From assembly GCF_001949145.1 (NCBI RefSeq), contig NW_019091359.1, forward strand, positions 3,326,431 through 3,390,430: 64,000 nucleotides of DNA, given 5' to 3'. Position numbers and translations under genes: made by a program. This document shows positions 62,001-64,000 of this stretch, in pieces. The notes beneath the pieces are model-generated. The model made no database searches and was not told where the DNA came from. It worked only from the letters and a program-made list of their open reading frames with translations. Position 1 is the first letter of the stretch, and every line of letters begins with the position of its first letter. The stretch is from Acanthaster planci (lineage: Eukaryota).

Positions 62001-63180
62001 AAAGACACAAGCGGTTTCAGGCAGCCAGTATTTTCATAGTTGCCACATTTTCAGTGTTCCTGATTCCTCCGTAGTTTATGTATATAAACATAAAATTGAC
62101 AACACTGAAATTGAAGCAAAAAAAAGGTTGAATTCATGCACCTTAAGATGTTTTTGAGAACATGTGTTGATGACATTACCAACGTAGTGTTCATTTCTCA
62201 TTTAGATCAAGTATTATTCACTTCAGTCCCGTTTTATGGAGCTGCTAACCAGATATGAAGACTAACCAAATTAAAGTTATCTGCTGAGTAAAAATCAGTG
62301 AGGAACCAGTCAGAGGCAACATGCATCACATAAGTTTTTGGCTGGTCTCCTTTTATTGCCGAGTAAATATTTTCTATGCTTAGCAGTGCTAAACGGCTAG
62401 ACTGCCAAAAACAAGTTTGAAATGTACTACCTAGTAAACATGAAAAGGTGCCTAATCAATCATGGGGGGCTGATATTATCTAGAGAACCTGTCATATTGA
62501 ATCATCATCTACATGTTACACAGCAACATACCTTTCCCTGGGATGGTGACTTGATAGTCTGACGGAGTGTGCAAAAACAGTAAAACCAGCAAGCCTAATC
62601 CGCTCTGTATAGAGGTCAAAGAGCAAAAAATGAATGAATGTCAACAAAAACACATATTGAAAAAGTATCAGACAAAACAGGAAGTTCAACAGATCAGTGG
62701 GGATGCGTACAGTTTGATCATGTCCGTGTCTAGTGTTGATGGTACCTGAAATGGCCTAACCCACTATGCATTTTGACTATCTGTAGGTATGAACAGAAAT
62801 CAGTATGATGCAAACATATGACAGAGTGTAATTGATGGCAATAGGCACATACTGCATGCTTCAAATATTTATTCATTTAAATTGAAAATTTGTTGAAAGT
62901 ACTGTACTGTTTCACACATGTTATCAAAGTCCAGAAAGTGCCTGCTTTAGCCTAGTACAAGCTAAGCCTCACTTGAATGTAAAAAGGGTCAATTCAGGAT
63001 GAATTCAACTGGAGCTAAAATCAGAGCTCATAACATAGTGCCAAAAAGATATACCTGAGAAATTTAAATTACCGGTAGCATTTCATATCAAGGTTTTTTT
63101 CAAATAAAGTTTTTACTTACAAGTAGCAATGATGGAATTAGGAAGGCCTGTCTCCAACCATGATGTGTCTGCAGGTGAAC
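59066..63180 (-). CDS. MFS sugar-phosphate/Pi exchanger, SLC37/OPA (glycerol-3-phosphate transporter-like), 3' part; 5' exons lie beyond the window
   Basis: Phase-consistent exons 63180-63121, 62604-62532, 61900-61831, 61139-61049, 60556-60462, 59935-59700, 59259-59066. Motifs GWRQAFLIPS, FCVKIVRYCVFMWLPMYL, FEIGGVIGS, ASVSGFVNGFGSLGTVLQGP, YGWSGMLY. Confidence 0.88.
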
Positions 63181-63278
63181 CTTGTAAATCATACAACAGA
63201 ACCATAGCAACAAAGTTTATGCTTGCAGAATCTTCAACTTGTTTCTTGTCGTGAATAATAATTTACTATTCAACTTAA

Positions 63279-63738
63279 AGGGTCCATGCGGACCTCCCCG
63301 AACGAACAGCCATTTTCTTCTTTATGTTGTGCCTGGATATGTCAGTCACAGTACAATTGGTGAAAAAAATGAATAAAATGTATTGAATTATTGTTAATTA
63401 CTGGTTTTCAAACACCCCCCTTTAAATCTCTAACAAACGGTGTGACATACGTTTAAGAACCAGCAAATCGTAGTCTGGTGCCATTTTGGCCGTCTGAAAC
63501 CCAGAGTAAGCACGCATGGCTTCCTTTGCGGCAGCATACGTGGAAATATCGTACCCTTTTCCGTTCACGCTTCTCTAAGGCTCCTCTTCATTTTTCTGGT
63601 TTTTTTCTTGGACTTGGCAAACGCTCTGTATTATTATTTTTCTCTTATCAATTACTAAAATGACTTTTATTTACAGGAAATCTTCTTAAACGTATAATTT
63701 TCCAATTGCAATGATAAAAACTGCTTTTCATGGGCCCT
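63279..63738. mobile_element. Kolobok-like non-autonomous element
   Basis: TTAA|AGGGTCCATG ... CATGGGCCCT|TCAA (AG...CT ends, decayed TTAA TSD). Confidence 0.5.
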
Positions 63739-64000
63739 TCAATGCATTTTTATCGGACTCTGCAGTCATTCTTTAGAGTATGATGTCTTTCCATGAGTGG
63801 TATGCTAAGCAGTCAGTAGTACAGGAGAGTTCACCAGAGGGCCTCTGCATCGAATTTGGTCACAGAGACCACATATGCTTTCCAAGTTATTTGAGGCAAA
63901 ATTTACTATTTTGTAAGAGGAGGAGCACTGAGAATTTTAATGGGGGCTGGGGAACAAATCCCTTCCCCTAAAATGAAATAATCCATCCCTCTTCATCACT

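Overview
AT-rich, intron-rich animal genomic DNA; gene and repeat style suggest a marine invertebrate, but the species cannot be determined from this window. I assembled six spliced genes by hand from GT-AG boundaries and exon phase: ACTR8/Arp8 (- strand, 5' part only), a complete N-WASP-like gene (+, ~509 aa) head-to-head with it, NF-YB (+, ~206 aa, with a U12-type minor intron), a CRT-like (chloroquine-resistance-transporter family) membrane protein (-, ~375 aa), coatomer gamma COPG (+, one exon lost in an N gap) and an SLC37/OPA-family MFS transporter (-, 3' part only). Non-coding DNA is dense with small mobile elements: a CR1/L2-type LINE fragment, IS3EU-like, Ginger-like, piggyBac-like and Kolobok-like non-autonomous elements, SINEs and minisatellites. 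The best second-look items are a TSD-flanked 260-bp fold-back carrying Penelope-type hammerhead ribozyme cores, a candidate Ser/Arg-rich alternative WASP exon, loss of the WASP regulatory tyrosine, tandem arrays seeded from splice donors, the animal CRT-like gene and a decayed unassigned ORF. I found no clearly new multi-gene system. All family assignments are from recalled motifs, not database searches.
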